In this document: in pieces, positions 61,639-64,000 of the stretch | How positions within the stretch are numbered: position 1 is the stretch's first letter | Layout: each line of letters starts with the position of its first letter | Origin: an uncultured Oscillospiraceae bacterium | Lineage (GTDB): Bacteria; Bacillota; Clostridia; Oscillospirales; Oscillospiraceae | Length of the DNA: 64,000 bases | Direction: 5' to 3' | Assembly (NCBI GenBank): GCA_910585735.1 | Contig: CAJUEU010000003.1 | Span: forward strand, 22,613-86,612 | Program-made: the position numbers and the translations under genes | Notes under the pieces: model-generated | Seen by the model: only the letters and a program-made list of their open reading frames with translations | Databases searched by the model: none | What the model was told of the DNA's origin: nothing

Positions 61639-63600
61639 ATGAAAAAGAAAATGCTTGCAATTTCTCTTGCGCTTGCCATGGGATTCTATCTGCTCTCGGG
61701 CTGTACGCAGCCTTCGGGGGAAAAGCCCACGCCGGATGCGCAGCCCACGGCTAAGGTCCTGGGAGAGGTGACCTTTGAGAATACGGTAGCCTGGGATGGA
61801 GAGTACGATGTGGTGGTCGTTGGCTTCGGCGGGGCAGGGGCCGCGGCGGCGGTCTCGGCGGCTGATGCGGGCGCTAATGTGCTGCTGCTGGAAAAGGCTC
61901 CCGAAGGCCACGAGGGCGGAAATACCCGCTACTGCGGACAGTATATCGCCTATGGAAACGGGGATCATGAAGCCACCATGGCCTATTATACCGCACTTCA
62001 GGGCAACAGAAGTTATGATGGGGAAGTGCTTGAGACCTACGCCAAGGGAATTGCGGATATGAAGGACACCTTGGTCAACGACTTTGGAGCTGACCCGGAG
62101 GCCTGGATCGCCTGGGGTTTTGTACCCATCCTGGCCAAGATGTCTCCCGAGTACCCGGAGCTGCCCGGCAGCGACAAAATCGACCTGTGCACCATCACGG
62201 CGACCGGCGGCCCCAGCCATTTTTGGAAATTCCTGCGGCAGAATGTGACCGACCGCGCCGACAAGATCGATGTGTGGTTCGAGTCTCCGGCGGTCCACCT
62301 GATCCAGGACCCGGGCAACAAGACCATTATCGGCGTACAGACTGAACGGGGCGGAAAAACCCTGAACATCCGGGCCAAAAACGGCGTGGTTATGGCCTGC
62401 GGCGGATTTGAGAACAACCCCGAAATGATCGAGAGCTACCTGGGGATCGCCAAATCGGCGCCTGTCGGCACGCTTTACAATACCGGCGATGGTGTCCGCA
62501 TGGCCATGGAGGTGGGCGCCGACCTATGGCACATGGACGTCTATGAAGGAGACGGCATCGGATTTTACGGCAGCATGTCCTATGTGGTGGACGAGGGCGA
62601 GCGGGCCATCAAAATGGACTCCAGTGCCCTGGGCGACCCCAACTGTGCTTTTGCCAGCGGCAGTGTGATGCTTCTGGCCGCCGATGGCAGCCGGTACCTT
62701 CGGGAGGACGAGGTCAGCCGCCACGGCCACATCTACCAGGGCGGCACCTGGGACAACCCCAAGCGGCCTACCCGTTCCTTCCTGTTTTTCGATGGAGCTC
62801 AGCGGGAGGCCCTTCTGGCGATGATCCCCGCGGAGGTCCATGACCAGATCATTGAGGCCGATAGCCTGGCCACCATGGCCGAGGCCACGGGAATGAACGC
62901 CGATATTCTCGCCAAGACCGTGGCCGACTTCAACGGCTTTGCCGCCGCTGGGGAGGATCTGGCTTTTGGCCGCAGCGGAGAGCATATGCGTGCCTTCGCC
63001 AAGAGCGGGCCCTATTACGCGCTGGAGCTGCTTCCCGCCATTCTGAATACCCAGGGCGGCGCTCGGCGCAACGGGAATGCCGAGGTGGTGGGCGCTGACG
63101 GTGATCCCATTCCCCATCTCTACTCCGCCGGGGAGTTCGGCGGCGTAACGAGCTTTATGTACCAGGGCGGCGGCAATATGGCCGAATGTGTGATCTTTGG
63201 CCAGCTGGCCGGACGGAACGCTGCCGAGCCCAAGAGCTACACCTCCACTGTTCTTTCCGAGACGATCGGGGAAAAGACTTACACCATCGGGGTGGAGAGT
63301 GACATCGGCGGCGCCGATTACAGCGACATCCCCCTGGGTGAAAATGAGTACCTGGGCGTGGGCGCCGGTGGCATGGGCGGCGAGGTGGCCGTGAAAGTCA
63401 CCATGGATGGCGATCAGATCGCTAAGGTTGAGGTGGTCCGCCACATGGAGACCGATGGCATCGGCACCAAGGCCATTGACGCCGTCCCGGAGGCCATTGT
63501 GGCGGCGCAGTCCACGGAGGTGGACAACATTGCGGGAGCGACCATGACCAGTAAGGCTATCAAGGCCGCGGTGGAGGACGCCCTCAGCAAGACAAAATAA
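61639..63600 (+). CDS. lipoprotein flavoprotein reductase: FAD-dependent fumarate/urocanate-reductase-like domain plus C-terminal FMN-binding domain
   Basis: Lipobox FYLLSGC, VVVVGFGGAGAAAAVSAADAGANVLLLEK, LYSAGEFGG, and a C-terminal flavinylation-type motif DNIAGATMTS. Confidence 0.85.
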   Translation: MKKKMLAISLALAMGFYLLSGCTQPSGEKPTPDAQPTAKVLGEVTFENTVAWDGEYDVVVVGFGGAGAAAAVSAADAGANVLLLEKAPEGHEGGNTRYCGQYIAYGNGDHEATMAYYTALQGNRSYDGEVLETYAKGIADMKDTLVNDFGADPEAWIAWGFVPILAKMSPEYPELPGSDKIDLCTITATGGPSHFWKFLRQNVTDRADKIDVWFESPAVHLIQDPGNKTIIGVQTERGGKTLNIRAKNGVVMACGGFENNPEMIESYLGIAKSAPVGTLYNTGDGVRMAMEVGADLWHMDVYEGDGIGFYGSMSYVVDEGERAIKMDSSALGDPNCAFASGSVMLLAADGSRYLREDEVSRHGHIYQGGTWDNPKRPTRSFLFFDGAQREALLAMIPAEVHDQIIEADSLATMAEATGMNADILAKTVADFNGFAAAGEDLAFGRSGEHMRAFAKSGPYYALELLPAILNTQGGARRNGNAEVVGADGDPIPHLYSAGEFGGVTSFMYQGGGNMAECVIFGQLAGRNAAEPKSYTSTVLSETIGEKTYTIGVESDIGGADYSDIPLGENEYLGVGAGGMGGEVAVKVTMDGDQIAKVEVVRHMETDGIGTKAIDAVPEAIVAAQSTEVDNIAGATMTSKAIKAAVEDALSKTK

Positions 63601-63625
63601 GCGTTTTTCCCTCTCCTATAACAGC

Positions 63626-63660
63626 AGAGACACGGCAGGCATAGTCTGCCGTGTCTTTGC
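63626..63660 (+). terminator. terminator after the flavoprotein gene
   Basis: Stem AGACACGGCAG/CTGCCGTGTCT followed by TTGC. Confidence 0.7.
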
Positions 63661-63783
63661 ATTCAGCCTGAAATTTTACGATTTAATAGCCTTGTAACAA
63701 ATTTTGTTTGGTTCGTTTACATTTCCCCGGTAGTATAACTTTTGCAGGGACAGCAAGCTTTTTCATTTCATTGTTTCCTTTTT

Positions 63784-63830
63784 GCAAAACGGGCTGAGCG
63801 CAGGGACACGCTCAGCCCGTTTTGCGTTCT
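63784..63830. terminator. hairpin terminator (bidirectional)
   Basis: 17-bp stem GCAAAACGGGCTGAGCG/CGCTCAGCCCGTTTTGC. Confidence 0.65.
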
Positions 63831-63886
63831 TTGGCTTTAGTTGTTTTCCACAAAAATAGCCTTGCAAATTTATTCACATTTCACAA

Positions 63887-63915
63887 TTGACAGAGATACA
63901 TTTTTGCTCTATGAT
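63887..63915 (+). promoter_or_regulatory. putative sigma-A promoter reading out of the window
   Basis: TTGACA, 17 nt, TATGAT. A possible gene start follows (GGAGG plus ATG at 63981), truncated by the window end. Confidence 0.45.
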
Positions 63916-64000
63916 AAATACAGAATTGAAAGAAGCGGTTTGTTACTCTCCGGAGGCTTGTCCGCAAAGGTGGAGGCAGTATGCCTTGGCTTTTGTGCGC

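Noticed and set aside
1-64000. CRISPR arrays, rRNA, tRNA and IS elements
   Set aside because: Reading both strands, I saw no regularly spaced direct repeats, no T-loop (GGTTCGAATCC-like) signatures, and no transposase-like ORFs. This was a manual scan, so small or degenerate elements could have been missed.

Overview
GC-rich (about 60% by eye, not computed) chromosomal segment from a Gram-positive Firmicute of the Clostridia type. The taxonomic guess rests on noc-soj-spo0J with parS sites, glmU-prs-pth...mfd-tadA synteny, SLH-domain wall proteins, Spo0A_C paralogues and a sporulation-type polysaccharide deacetylase. With the high GC this suggests an Oscillospiraceae/Ruminococcaceae-like gut anaerobe, which is inference only. 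I support about 55 protein genes, mostly housekeeping: gyrA (5'-truncated), rnhA, aroK, thiT with a TPP riboswitch, malQ, galE, aspS, hisS, mgsA, rsmG, mscL, serS, spo0J/soj/noc, xpt, a P-type ATPase, glmU-like, prs, pth, mfd and tadA. By eye I saw no rRNA, tRNA, CRISPR array, transposase or integrase. Many very long ORFs in the track are antisense shadows of real genes, as expected at this GC content, and were rejected. The stand-out is a roughly 2.1 kb low-GC islet (15.08-17.2 kb) bounded by terminators. It has its own promoter overlapped by a long AT-rich inverted repeat. It encodes three genes: a Phd/YefM-like protein, a HipA-family Ser/Thr kinase lacking the HipA N-terminal subdomain, and a translationally coupled protein fusing a HipS-like (HipA N-terminal-like) domain to a HIRAN DNA-end-binding domain. 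I read this as a split Hip kinase toxin-antitoxin or defence-type module. Secondary points of interest: two TetR-paired lipoprotein flavin reductases with flavinylation motifs, an XRE gene coupled to an Asp-less receiver::Spo0A_C protein, a stand-alone Spo0A_C protein, a stand-alone condensation-domain protein, three parS sites, a repeated terminator element, a G9 tract inside a putative promoter spacer, a GlmU with a degenerate uridylyltransferase signature, and several structured leaders or spacers of unresolved class.
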